A stretch of DNA of 64,000 nucleotides, from positions 6,111-70,110 of the forward strand of contig JAZRXF010000094.1 in the NCBI GenBank assembly GCA_045600085.1, written 5' to 3'. The stretch is from Lachnospiraceae bacterium. Its GTDB lineage: Bacteria; Bacillota; Clostridia; Lachnospirales; Lachnospiraceae. Shown here piece by piece: positions 9,894-18,559 of this stretch. The notes under the pieces were generated by a model that worked only from the letters and a program-made list of their open reading frames with translations, did no database searches and was not told the origin of the DNA. Position 1 is the first letter of the stretch, and each line of letters begins with the position of its first letter. The position numbers and the translations under genes are program-made.

Positions 9894-10821
9894 CGAGCTT
9901 AGACTTGCCTCCATTAGCATCCTGCTTTTCCATACGCTCAAGCTCTTTCATTTCACGCTTCTCTTCTTCTGTCATATCTTTGTGGTCTTTATTGTTATCC
10001 TTATGATGACGTCTCTTAAACTTAAGCTCATCCACAGAGTAATCCTTGATTTCTTTTTCTCCGTTTTCTTCTACGATAACCTTAACTCTCTGACGAAGAA
10101 CGTTAACAGAATGTACCTCTCCCTTCATTCCTTCTGGAGTTGTAACATAATCACCAGTTCCTGGAAGTTTACGATTAAGTTCTTCATATGTTTCCTCTTC
10201 ATTCTTAAGGCAACACATAAGACGCCCACAAACACCAGAAATCTTAGTAGGATTTAGTGACAATCCCTGCTCCTTGGCCATCTTAATTGATACTGGAGCA
10301 AATTCTGGAAGATGTGTATGACAGCAAAGTGGTCTACCACATATACCAATACCACCAAGAATCTTGGTCTCATCACGTACACCTATCTGACGAAGTTCAA
10401 TACGTGTTCTAAATACACCTGCAAGATCCTTAACAAGCTCTCTAAAGTCCACACGTCCATCCGATGTAAAGTAGAATAAAAGCTTATTATTATCAAATGT
10501 ATATTCTGCATCAATAAGTTTCATATCAAGCTGGTGATGCCTTATCTTCTCATGGCAGATTTTAAGTGCTTCTTTTTCTTTTTCTCTGTTCTTTTTCTGC
10601 TGTTCATCATCCTCTGGAGTAGCAACACGGATAACTGGCTTAAGAGGCTGCACTACCTTTTCATCCTCTACTTCTCTGATACCACCTACAACAGAGCCGT
10701 ACTCAACACCTCTAGCAGTTTCAACGATAACATGATCAGTACGCTTAATATTAAAATCCAGTGGCGAGAAAAAATAAACTTTGCCAGCTGTTCTGAATCT
10801 AACTCCTACTATTTTCTGCAT
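9883..10821 (-). CDS. ricT: PSP1-domain protein RicT/YaaT
   Basis: MQKIVGVRFRTAGKVYFFSP..., Cys cluster CGRPLCC...CGRLMCCLKNE, and a K/E-rich C-terminal tail. Confidence 0.85.
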   Translation of the reverse strand: MQKIVGVRFRTAGKVYFFSPLDFNIKRTDHVIVETARGVEYGSVVGGIREVEDEKVVQPLKPVIRVATPEDDEQQKKNREKEKEALKICHEKIRHHQLDMKLIDAEYTFDNNKLLFYFTSDGRVDFRELVKDLAGVFRTRIELRQIGVRDETKILGGIGICGRPLCCHTHLPEFAPVSIKMAKEQGLSLNPTKISGVCGRLMCCLKNEEETYEELNRKLPGTGDYVTTPEGMKGEVHSVNVLRQRVKVIVEENGEKEIKDYSVDELKFKRRHHKDNNKDHKDMTEEEKREMKELERMEKQDANGGKSKLDDN

Positions 10822-10838
10822 TATCTATATACCTCCAA

Positions 10839-11828
10839 CTAGTTCTCCTTGATTGTAAGGAGAAGTAGCTCCATAGTCAGCTCAAAGCTTACGTTTGAAC
10901 GAAGTCTCATCTTGGCTGTCTGAAGAGCTTCTGTAACTTCCTCGATACCTTCATAATCTGTACGAGAAGCCACTTTATTAATATACTGAATCTCATCCTT
11001 GAATATAAGATGATTAACATCATGTGTAGCCTTGAATAAAAGAACATCTCTGTACCACACACCCATGATATCAAGGTAGTCATCAATATTGAAGCCATAG
11101 TCCTTTATGCGCTTAAGTGCTTCCATGACCTCAGCAATTTCCATATCATAAATATTTTTAAGAAGCGATAAAGCTTCCTTTCTTATCTTGTCAAAGTCCT
11201 CGCTTGATGCAAGAGCCTTAGCTCTACCAACATTACCTCTCGCAAAAGCTATACATATCTCAGCTCGATAATCAGGTACGCCCAGCTGCTTCATGAGATA
11301 GTCCCTCATCTCATTATCTCTAACTGGCTTCATATTAAGTACAACACATCTACTCAAAATAGTTGGAAGCATTGCTTCTGTGGAACTGCAAAGCAGGATG
11401 AATACTGCATATGCTGGTGGCTCCTCTATTGTTTTAAGTAAAGCATTCTGAGCCTGTGGAGTCATCTTATCAGCTTCTTCAACTATATATATCTTATACG
11501 GACTATTATATGGCTTAATCATTACTGTATTGTTAATACCATCTCGCACATCATCAACACCTATTACATTAGGCTTCTCGTGTGTAACAAATATAATATC
11601 TGGATGGTTCAGCGATTCTGCCTGCTTACAAGAATGACACTCACCACATGGTTCAACACCCTTTTGCTCACACAAAAGTGTCTCAGCAAATATCTTGGCT
11701 ATAAACTCTTTACCCGAACGGTTTTCACCACATATAAGATATGCATGTGAAACCTTATTGTTCTCTATAGCTCCCTGTAACTGGGCTTTTATATGATCTT
11801 GTCCTACTACTTCAGCAAATTTTGCCAT
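10839..11828 (-). CDS. holB: DNA polymerase III subunit delta'
   Basis: HAYLICGENRSGKEF, zinc module CGECHSCKQ, and SRC motif TILSRCVVL. Confidence 0.9.
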   Translation of the reverse strand: MAKFAEVVGQDHIKAQLQGAIENNKVSHAYLICGENRSGKEFIAKIFAETLLCEQKGVEPCGECHSCKQAESLNHPDIIFVTHEKPNVIGVDDVRDGINNTVMIKPYNSPYKIYIVEEADKMTPQAQNALLKTIEEPPAYAVFILLCSSTEAMLPTILSRCVVLNMKPVRDNEMRDYLMKQLGVPDYRAEICIAFARGNVGRAKALASSEDFDKIRKEALSLLKNIYDMEIAEVMEALKRIKDYGFNIDDYLDIMGVWYRDVLLFKATHDVNHLIFKDEIQYINKVASRTDYEGIEEVTEALQTAKMRLRSNVSFELTMELLLLTIKEN

Positions 11829-11854
11829 TTACAAATACCCCTATATAAATACTT

Positions 11855-12295
11855 TTACATAAATATATCAAGTAACAATCCTCGTATTTCACCTATCTTG
11901 GCGAGGACTGCCATATTATCCTGTTCATCCTTGCATAGTTCTCTGGCCAGTTCATCTAGATTGGAGTCAACAAGCCTTATAATACCGTACACCCTATGCC
12001 TTCCTTTTCTATCAAGAAAATTCTCTCTGGAAAATTCATGTGAACGATTAACTATCTCATTCATGAATTCCTTAATAAGACTACGATATTTACGCATATC
12101 ACGAATATCTTTCTTTTTGCCAATCTTCTCTCCCTGAGCAGATATCTCCGTCATAAGTGAAGTCAACTTTTCCTGAAGGTCACTTTCAGATATATGACTA
12201 GCCAGCATAAACTTAAAGGAGTCATCTGTATTAGTCACTCTGTTAGTATCCACAGACATGGAAGGTTCTATTATTTGATTGACCTTGATGTCCAT
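11855..12295 (-). CDS. yaaR: YaaR/DUF327-family protein
   Basis: 146 aa, immediately upstream of holB as in Bacillus. The sequence pattern is helical and acidic. Confidence 0.7.
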   Translation of the reverse strand: MDIKVNQIIEPSMSVDTNRVTNTDDSFKFMLASHISESDLQEKLTSLMTEISAQGEKIGKKKDIRDMRKYRSLIKEFMNEIVNRSHEFSRENFLDRKGRHRVYGIIRLVDSNLDELARELCKDEQDNMAVLAKIGEIRGLLLDIFM

Positions 12296-12864
12296 ATAGT
12301 ATCCCTCATTTCATCCATACAACGATACAAGTCATCATTTATATATCTTTTTACTATTCCTGCTGCCACAAGCTTATCCTCGGAGAAGTCCTGATCATCA
12401 GCAAGAAATCTTCTACACATCTCTGTGTATTTAGGATTTTCCTGTGCCTGCTCTCTTTTTAATGCTCGCTCAAGCCTAATACCATCATCAAGAGTTGCAT
12501 ATAAAGGTATCACCTTATCAGCACCATAGTAATCTCTAATTTTGATATATGATTCTAACGTTCCTATAATGAGATAATCCTGAGAATCAAGGAATATCTC
12601 CTGATCAACTGTAAAGTAATACCAGTCACCGTGGCATGTATGATAGCATCGGTATTCTATTACTTTACCTTCTTCTAACAGGCTTTCAAAACCGGTCTTA
12701 TCAGTAAAGTGATACTCTCTTCCCTCAGCTTCGCCACTTCTAATTGGCCTTGTAGTAAATGGAACAATACGAGCTAGTCCAAGTTCTTTGTCGTCCAGTA
12801 ACTTACTGTACAAAGTATCCTTACCACTGGCACTTTTGCCCATAAGACAAAATATATGTCCCAT
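12271..12864 (-). CDS. guanylate-kinase-like P-loop kinase
   Basis: P-loop GKSASGKDT followed by [20 protein letters not shown]...[10 protein letters not shown], which is a Gmk-type pattern. The ATG at 12864 has GGAGG 7 nt upstream. Confidence 0.7.
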   Translation of the reverse strand: MGHIFCLMGKSASGKDTLYSKLLDDKELGLARIVPFTTRPIRSGEAEGREYHFTDKTGFESLLEEGKVIEYRCYHTCHGDWYYFTVDQEIFLDSQDYLIIGTLESYIKIRDYYGADKVIPLYATLDDGIRLERALKREQAQENPKYTEMCRRFLADDQDFSEDKLVAAGIVKRYINDDLYRCMDEMRDTIWTSRSIK

Positions 12865-12865
12865 C

Positions 12866-14377
12866 CTATGCCTCCGGTTTATTCTTACTTTCACGAAGCA
12901 CCTCTATACGCTCCATGAACTCGCCCTTAATAATATATCCACTTCTTCTGTAATGATTAATAAGATTAAGTAGGTCACGAGTAATTTTCTGACCTGGCAC
13001 AAGTATTGGTTGCTGTGAAGGATATACCCCAACATAAGTACCAGATATTCTTCCTTCACACATATTAATTGGAACCGATTCCTTCTCACTTGCTATTGCC
13101 TCTGATATTCTCATAACAATATTAAGTGATTCAGCGCCTGGATATGCTGAGGCCTTACCATTGCTTACACTACTGCTTACACCAAATAGCGCCTCAAGAC
13201 TTCCAAGGTCTCGCCCTCCACTCATTGTTCTAGTAGTTTCTTCCTTGGCTTCAAGCTCCTCATCAAGCTTTATCAGAGCTGTTGACAATTTTTCATAGCC
13301 TTCATCTGTATCGCATATTGAAAAACCAAGAAGTACATATTCCGGAGTAGATAGTATTGGTAATATGCCATAATCTCTTTTCAATCTATCATATAGCTGC
13401 TTACCATTCATATTCTTAGCCTTAGGACTAAGTATCATTTTGCCTATTTCTGGTGTATCGCTTCTACCCATAGTAAATGCATCAAACACCTCTATATGGT
13501 TAAGCTTCTTCAGTTCATCACTAAGTGATGCCCTTTTATCATAAAACCTCTGCCATGCATTATTGGACTCATCTGTAACATAATCGAAGCATTTATCAAC
13601 TCCAAGTAATAATGGGAATGATGGTTCATCATCCTGAAACATACCAAGAAAATCACGAATCTTATCATTATCCACAATAGAACCATTAATATGAAGAACT
13701 CCTGTCTGTACAGGGCTAGGTAATGCCTCACTAAGACTATGAAGTACAATATCAGCACCACATTCCACTGCATTGATAGGAAGGAATCCTGCAAAACCAA
13801 AATGCGAACCGTATGATGCATCTACAATAAGTGGTACTCTACGTGTATGCAAAAATTCAGCAATATCTTCAACTTCTGACGAAATACCATCAAGTGTTGG
13901 TGATGTTAGGATTACTGCCTTCACATCATCATTAGCTTTAATGCTTTCTTCTATTGCCTCGACTGTAATGCCCTTTGTATAACCATGTTCCTCATCGACT
14001 TCGCCAGATATATATACTGCATTTAGCTCACGAAGCATAATGGAATTATATACATAGCGTCTGCTATTTCTCATTACAAGAACTTTGTCACCTCTATTAA
14101 GAGTTCCAAAAACAGCTGCCATCATACCAGCACTTACACCACCTGTGAGAATATATGACTCATCAGCATTGTATACTCGGGCCGCCCTATTTCTAGCATC
14201 ACAAAGAGAGCCCTCCTCAACTGACATCTTGTCAAATCCCTGGACTCCCGATATATCTCTCTTATAAAATTCACTTAAAAAATCATTCTCGTAAAAATTA
14301 CGTTTATGGCCTGGTCCCTGAAAAGGATATACATCGCCATACACATAGTCTTCAACTTTCTCTGTCAAATCACCCAT
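12866..14377 (-). CDS. Orn/Lys/Arg decarboxylase-family (YaaO-like) PLP-fold protein, apparently lacking the PLP-lysine
   Basis: 503 aa with the fold-type-I pattern LTGGVSAGMMAAVFGTL...GDKVLVMRNS...IVDASYGSHFGF. The position expected to read S-x-H-K reads HSLSEALPSP instead. Confidence 0.75.
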   Translation of the reverse strand: MGDLTEKVEDYVYGDVYPFQGPGHKRNFYENDFLSEFYKRDISGVQGFDKMSVEEGSLCDARNRAARVYNADESYILTGGVSAGMMAAVFGTLNRGDKVLVMRNSRRYVYNSIMLRELNAVYISGEVDEEHGYTKGITVEAIEESIKANDDVKAVILTSPTLDGISSEVEDIAEFLHTRRVPLIVDASYGSHFGFAGFLPINAVECGADIVLHSLSEALPSPVQTGVLHINGSIVDNDKIRDFLGMFQDDEPSFPLLLGVDKCFDYVTDESNNAWQRFYDKRASLSDELKKLNHIEVFDAFTMGRSDTPEIGKMILSPKAKNMNGKQLYDRLKRDYGILPILSTPEYVLLGFSICDTDEGYEKLSTALIKLDEELEAKEETTRTMSGGRDLGSLEALFGVSSSVSNGKASAYPGAESLNIVMRISEAIASEKESVPINMCEGRISGTYVGVYPSQQPILVPGQKITRDLLNLINHYRRSGYIIKGEFMERIEVLRESKNKPEA

Positions 14378-14483
14378 AATGAACCTCTATCTACAACAAT
14401 CCATTAACTGCGTTTTAAGCACATACATATTAATTATATCAATTATGCAACCAACTTGCCACTACTATAACTATTAGCCCAGA

Positions 14484-14669
14484 TTAAAACGCCTGGTGCT
14501 TAACTACTTCGTATTCATTGTTGCTTTGATAATATGGACACTCTCTTGTGTTGCCCTGAAGGAAACGAACCATATCGTCTTCATCAAGATCCATATCACA
14601 TACATAACATTCATAATCCTCATCGTACACAAGATTGTTGCACGAATCACAATTTGATACTTCTGCCAT
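14484..14669 (-). CDS. small acidic zinc-ribbon-like protein
   Basis: 61 aa with CDSC...CYVC plus one further Cys, and very rich in D/E. It sits between the yaaO-like and NlpC/P60 genes. Confidence 0.55.
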   Translation of the reverse strand: MAEVSNCDSCNNLVYDEDYECYVCDMDLDEDDMVRFLQGNTRECPYYQSNNEYEVVKHQAF

Positions 14670-14694
14670 ATCTTCTCCAAATATAATATAACTC

Positions 14695-15963
14695 TTATAT
14701 AACTCTTCTTACTGTAATAATAGTTCTAAATGTTGCACTACCAATCTTAATACCACCACTTGGCGTACTTGCATGGACTATCTGACCGTTTCCAATATAA
14801 ATAGCAACGTGACCTGGATAACATATAATATCACCTGGCTGCGCTTCACTGTAGGATACAGCGCGTCCAACACTTTGCTGAGCTGATGACGATCTCGGTA
14901 GATTATAACCAAAATTCTTGTAAACAGACATTGTAAAACCTGAACAATCAGCACCATCTGTAAGGCTTGTTCCACCATATACATATGGGTTACCAATGAA
15001 CTGACAGCCATAATTGGCAATGGCCTTGCCAAGATCACTACCACCCGAATTGTAAATAGGAGTTGTATCGTAAGTAACATTACCCGTAGTTGTAACTGTT
15101 ACGCCCGTGCCATTTGCTGCTGCCTCTGCAAGAAGCTTTGCTTCTTCCTCAGCTTTCTTTCTTGCCTCTTCAGCCTCTGCTTCAGTTATCATTGCATCAA
15201 GATTTTGTATTGCAGCATTTTGAGCTGCAATGGTTGCTGCATACTGATTGGCCTGACTCTGAGCTGCTGATATTCTAGCTGCATAATTATCAGAAAGTGC
15301 CTGAAGTTCGTCTATGACAACTTCCATATTCTCCTGCTCTTCCTCATACTCAGCCTGAAGAGATAGTAACTCTTCTTTTTCTCCTTCAAGCGCAGTTTTA
15401 AGCTCAGTTACTTCTAATACAGTATTCTGATACTCCGTAAGCATCTGCCTATCATAGCTATACAGTCCTTCTATATAATCGGCTCTAGTAAGCGCTTCGC
15501 TTATACTTCCAGACTCCATGTAAACAGTTAGTAGATCTTCATTGCCTGTTTCATACAAATACTGTATACGGATTTTCATGGCATCATACTGATCCTGCTC
15601 ACGAACTATCGCATCATTAAGCGCATTAGTTGCATTTTCGATATCTACCTCCTTGGCCGCGATATCTATATCTAACAGTTCAAGCTCAAGCATGATCTGT
15701 GTAAGAGCACTTTCTGTCTCTTCTATGCTATCCTCAACACTTCCTAGCTCCGATGTAAGCGAGTATATGGTGCTATTGGTAGCGCTTAACTTTCCTTCGT
15801 TTTCTTCCTTTTCCTGCTCAGTCTTATCTTTTTCATCCTTAAGCTCATCCGAGGTCTTGTCTGCCAAAGCTTCGACAGTAGTTAAAAACAATGTTGAAGT
15901 GATAAGTATTACGCTAAAAAGCACATTTATCCATTTTATTTTTATATATTTTCTCATTACCAT
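14695..15963 (-). CDS. CwlO-like cell-wall hydrolase (coiled-coil N-terminus plus NlpC/P60 domain)
   Basis: Signal/TM segment, a long E/L/A-rich coiled coil, and a C-terminal NlpC/P60 domain with DCSGFTMSVY...GHVAIYIGNGQIVHAS. The start is uncertain (ATG at 15963 or 15957; the ORF-track start at 15975 is GTG). Confidence 0.85.
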   Translation of the reverse strand: MVMRKYIKIKWINVLFSVILITSTLFLTTVEALADKTSDELKDEKDKTEQEKEENEGKLSATNSTIYSLTSELGSVEDSIEETESALTQIMLELELLDIDIAAKEVDIENATNALNDAIVREQDQYDAMKIRIQYLYETGNEDLLTVYMESGSISEALTRADYIEGLYSYDRQMLTEYQNTVLEVTELKTALEGEKEELLSLQAEYEEEQENMEVVIDELQALSDNYAARISAAQSQANQYAATIAAQNAAIQNLDAMITEAEAEEARKKAEEEAKLLAEAAANGTGVTVTTTGNVTYDTTPIYNSGGSDLGKAIANYGCQFIGNPYVYGGTSLTDGADCSGFTMSVYKNFGYNLPRSSSAQQSVGRAVSYSEAQPGDIICYPGHVAIYIGNGQIVHASTPSGGIKIGSATFRTIITVRRVI

Positions 15964-15982
15964 ATATTTTAACACAAATCAT

Positions 15983-16052
15983 CAAATTCTTGCGATTTTG
16001 GGCGAATTTTGATAAAATATTTTCTAGTCGAATTTTGCCTATGACAAATTCG
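15983..16052. promoter_or_regulatory. array of CGAAWTTTG-like repeats in a divergent promoter region
   Basis: Copies: CAAATTC (15983-89), GCGATTTTG (15992-16000), GCGAATTTTG (16002-11), TCGAATTTTG (16028-37) and CAAATTCG (16045-52, inverted). They flank an extended -10, TGATAAAAT. Confidence 0.3.
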
Positions 16053-16060
16053 ATACAAAA

Positions 16061-16558
16061 ATGTATAAGGAGGACAAACCATTGCCTACTTGGTTAATAG
16101 TAACTCTTATCGTAATCGCAGTATTGGTTATACTACTTGTAGTCCTTTACTTTGCTGGCAGAAAGCTTCAGAAGAAGCAGGATGAACAGCAATCATTATT
16201 AGAAGCTAACAAGCAAACTGTAACGATGTTAGTTATAGATAAGAAACGAATGAAAATAAAAGATGCCAACCTTCCACAGGCTGTTATGAGTCAGGTTCCT
16301 AAGTTTTCTAAGAACATCAAGGCACCTCTTGTAAAGGTTAAGGTCGGACCACAGGTACTCACAATGTTCTGTGATGAAAAGATATATGATTATATACCTG
16401 TAAAAAAAGAGGTTAAAGCTGAAGTAAGCGGTATGTATATTGTAGGTATCAAGAGCCTTCATGGCACAGCCATAAAGAAGGATGAGGTCAAGAAGGGATT
16501 CTGGAAGAGAGCTCTTGAAAAGGCTCAGGAAAAGGCTGGTTCAAGACCAGTTAAATAG
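16061..16558 (+). CDS. single-pass membrane protein, function unknown
   Basis: 165 aa with one TM helix (WLIVTLIVIAVLVILLVVLYF) and a K-rich soluble domain. AAGGAGG at 16067-73 suggests the real start may be the in-frame TTG at 16082. Confidence 0.6.
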   Translation: MYKEDKPLPTWLIVTLIVIAVLVILLVVLYFAGRKLQKKQDEQQSLLEANKQTVTMLVIDKKRMKIKDANLPQAVMSQVPKFSKNIKAPLVKVKVGPQVLTMFCDEKIYDYIPVKKEVKAEVSGMYIVGIKSLHGTAIKKDEVKKGFWKRALEKAQEKAGSRPVK

Positions 16559-16569
16559 TTTTCTAAATC

Positions 16570-16608
16570 AAAAATCCCAACCATAGGAATACGGTTGGGA
16601 TTTTTTTA
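16570..16608. terminator. bidirectional intrinsic terminator between convergent genes
   Basis: AAAAATCCCAACC-ATAGGAATAC-GGTTGGGATTTTTTT: a 9-bp stem with an A-run on one side and a T-run on the other. Confidence 0.7.
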
Positions 16609-16654
16609 TTTTTTGTTTCTTATTTTCTTTAAAATTCTTTTCTCGTTTTTCTAA

Positions 16655-16700
16655 TGTTTTTCTTGTTTTGTATATTCTAGTTTTGTTTTTCTTGTTTTGT
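16655..16700. repeat. 17-bp direct repeat inside a T-rich tract
   Basis: TGTTTTTCTTGTTTTGT occurs at 16655-16671 and again at 16684-16700, embedded in about 140 nt of T-rich, A-poor sequence (16602-16745). Confidence 0.6.
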
Positions 16701-16749
16701 TTTCGTTATTCTTTTTCTTTAGTTTTACGATGATAGCTTCGCCTTACCC

Positions 16750-17364
16750 TTAGGTCTCGTCAGCTGCAGCCACACCGTTTTTGTAGTCATCGAATTTCTT
16801 TAGCACCGCATCATATGTATTCTTACATATGTCTGGAAGCTGAGCACCCCATGTCTTTTCAGCATTTTTATAGCCCTTTTTAAAGGCTTCAACCATGCTG
16901 TCCATCTTGTCGGGATCACCACCTGTGAGCGCCATAGCGAAGTCAAATATTCGAGACGATGTCTGTTCTACTCCGTAGTAACCGTCTTCAGCAATATCTT
17001 TCTGTGCCTGTGCTTTTGTTGCAGCATCAACCTCAAGACTCTCGTAAAAGCTCTTAAGACCATTGGCAGCATTATATGTCTTACCCTGCTGTGTCATAAG
17101 CTTTGTTACAATATCCTGAAGCTGCTGTGTTCTTGCTTCAGCATCCGCTTTCAGTTTGGCTATTAATTCTGGGTTTTTAGTATACTTATTAGTTGAAGCT
17201 GCTTTACTTTCAGTTTCACTGGACTTCTCATATACTACGCCCTCATTATCAAACGCGCTCTTTACTTCTTCCTTGGTCTCATCAGGCTTCTTTGAAGAAG
17301 CATTAGCTGTACCCTGATAAGCACCATAAGCGCTAGCCACATCCGTAATTCCGTTTACGTTCAT
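16750..17364 (-). CDS. hypothetical soluble protein
   Basis: 204 aa with no TM or signal peptide. It has a low-complexity K/E/S N-terminal half and a helical C-terminal half (SSRIFDFAMALTGGDPDKMDSMVEAFKKGY). GGAGG lies upstream of the ATG. Confidence 0.55.
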   Translation of the reverse strand: MNVNGITDVASAYGAYQGTANASSKKPDETKEEVKSAFDNEGVVYEKSSETESKAASTNKYTKNPELIAKLKADAEARTQQLQDIVTKLMTQQGKTYNAANGLKSFYESLEVDAATKAQAQKDIAEDGYYGVEQTSSRIFDFAMALTGGDPDKMDSMVEAFKKGYKNAEKTWGAQLPDICKNTYDAVLKKFDDYKNGVAAADET

Positions 17365-17451
17365 ATCCTACCTCCTTGTATTATTTTTTTAGCAAAAACA
17401 TCATCCTGACACCTTTGCTTATCTATTATATCGGACTAAAATACAAAATGT

Positions 17452-17877
17452 TTATAGCTGTGCACGAATTCTCATAAAAACTTCTGTAGTTGGCACATTG
17501 TCAATGGACAGAATATATTCAAGCACTATTTCAAATTCCTCAGGCTTCCTAATACACTGAACATTCTTACTAAAGAAAGACATATTAATCACACCATATG
17601 GTGTCTTATAGCTACACTTTGTCACTTTACCATTTTCAAAAACCATTCCAGCCTGCCCTGTTCCCTTAGAAGTTCTTGTGACTTTGTGCTCACCTTCAAC
17701 CTTTATGATATTCTTAATTATTTCTTCTGTCTCGTCTTCAATCTGGTCATAAATAATACAATAAGTATCACCTACACGACCTGCCTTACCCTCATATACA
17801 TAGGATTCTTTTATTACATCATCATTGTCTATACTTTTTTGTCTGGTATCGACAAAGACCTTTTTCTTATCACTCAT
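17452..17877 (-). CDS. DUF1934 (YwiB-like) beta-barrel protein
   Basis: The pattern VFVDTRQK...YEGKAGRVGDTYCIIYDQ...IIKVEGEHKVTRTSKGTGQAGMVFENGK...YKTPYGVI matches my recollection of DUF1934. The ORF-track start at 17895 is TTG; the first ATG is at 17877. Confidence 0.6.
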   Translation of the reverse strand: MSDKKKVFVDTRQKSIDNDDVIKESYVYEGKAGRVGDTYCIIYDQIEDETEEIIKNIIKVEGEHKVTRTSKGTGQAGMVFENGKVTKCSYKTPYGVINMSFFSKNVQCIRKPEEFEIVLEYILSIDNVPTTEVFMRIRAQL

Positions 17878-18559
17878 GTTTTTCCATTTCTTCAAGGTTC
17901 AGATTACGTATAATTGCCTGTCCCTGTTTAGTAATATGATTCTTAACCGTCTTAACTGCTTCCTGCAGATCCTTTTTTTCAATGCTTTCCAGCATAGCTC
18001 TATGTTCACGCACCAGTTCGCCATGTATAGATACATCTTTAACATATTCATATCGAAATCTGTACACTTGCTCTGAAAGATTTTGCATCATCTGAACCAG
18101 CTTTTCATTGCCACTAGCTTCGATAATAATATCGTGAAAGCGTACATCGGCTTCTGCTATCTTGGCTTCGTTGCCTTCATTAACTGTCTGTTCAAATTTA
18201 TCACTGGTTGCTCTTAATTCTTCTAGCTGTTTTTTTGTGATACGATGACACGCAAGCGTTATAGCCAGTTCTTCAAGAGCTTCTCGTACCTCAAGAACAT
18301 CCTTAAGATTTTTGAATGATATCTTGGCCACTCTGGCACCACATCTTGGCACCATAATAACAAGGCCTTCAAGTTCGAGCATACGCATTGCTTCTCGTAT
18401 AGGAGTTCGACTTACACCCATCCTGGATGCAAGATCCATTTCCATAAGTCGTTCCCCTGGCTCAAGATTACCCATAATAATGGCTTGTCTTAATGTCTTA
18501 AAAACAACATCTCGAAGTGGCAAATATTCATCATTAACTATTCGTAAAAAATCATCCAT
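17870..18559 (-). CDS. GntR-family (FadR/FCD-type) transcriptional regulator
   Basis: wHTH region LASRMGVSRTPIREAMRMLELEGLV plus an all-helical FCD-like C-terminal domain. Confidence 0.85.
   Translation of the reverse strand: MDDFLRIVNDEYLPLRDVVFKTLRQAIIMGNLEPGERLMEMDLASRMGVSRTPIREAMRMLELEGLVIMVPRCGARVAKISFKNLKDVLEVREALEELAITLACHRITKKQLEELRATSDKFEQTVNEGNEAKIAEADVRFHDIIIEASGNEKLVQMMQNLSEQVYRFRYEYVKDVSIHGELVREHRAMLESIEKKDLQEAVKTVKNHITKQGQAIIRNLNLEEMEKHE

Noticed and set aside
9844-10257. 137-aa plus-strand ORF. Similar antisense ORFs occur at 11793-12137, 15653-16012, 27107-27560, 35749-36211 and 37352-37732.
   Set aside because: All lie fully inside, or antisense to, genes with strong family signatures. 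Their sequences are low-complexity (S/L/F/I-rich) and they have no independent RBS or terminator.
16602-16745. CRISPR-like or minisatellite array, suggested by the repeated 17-mer.
   Set aside because: There are only two copies, separated by a short 12-nt spacer, inside homopolymer-like T-rich sequence. No cas genes are present and there is no regular repeat-spacer periodicity.
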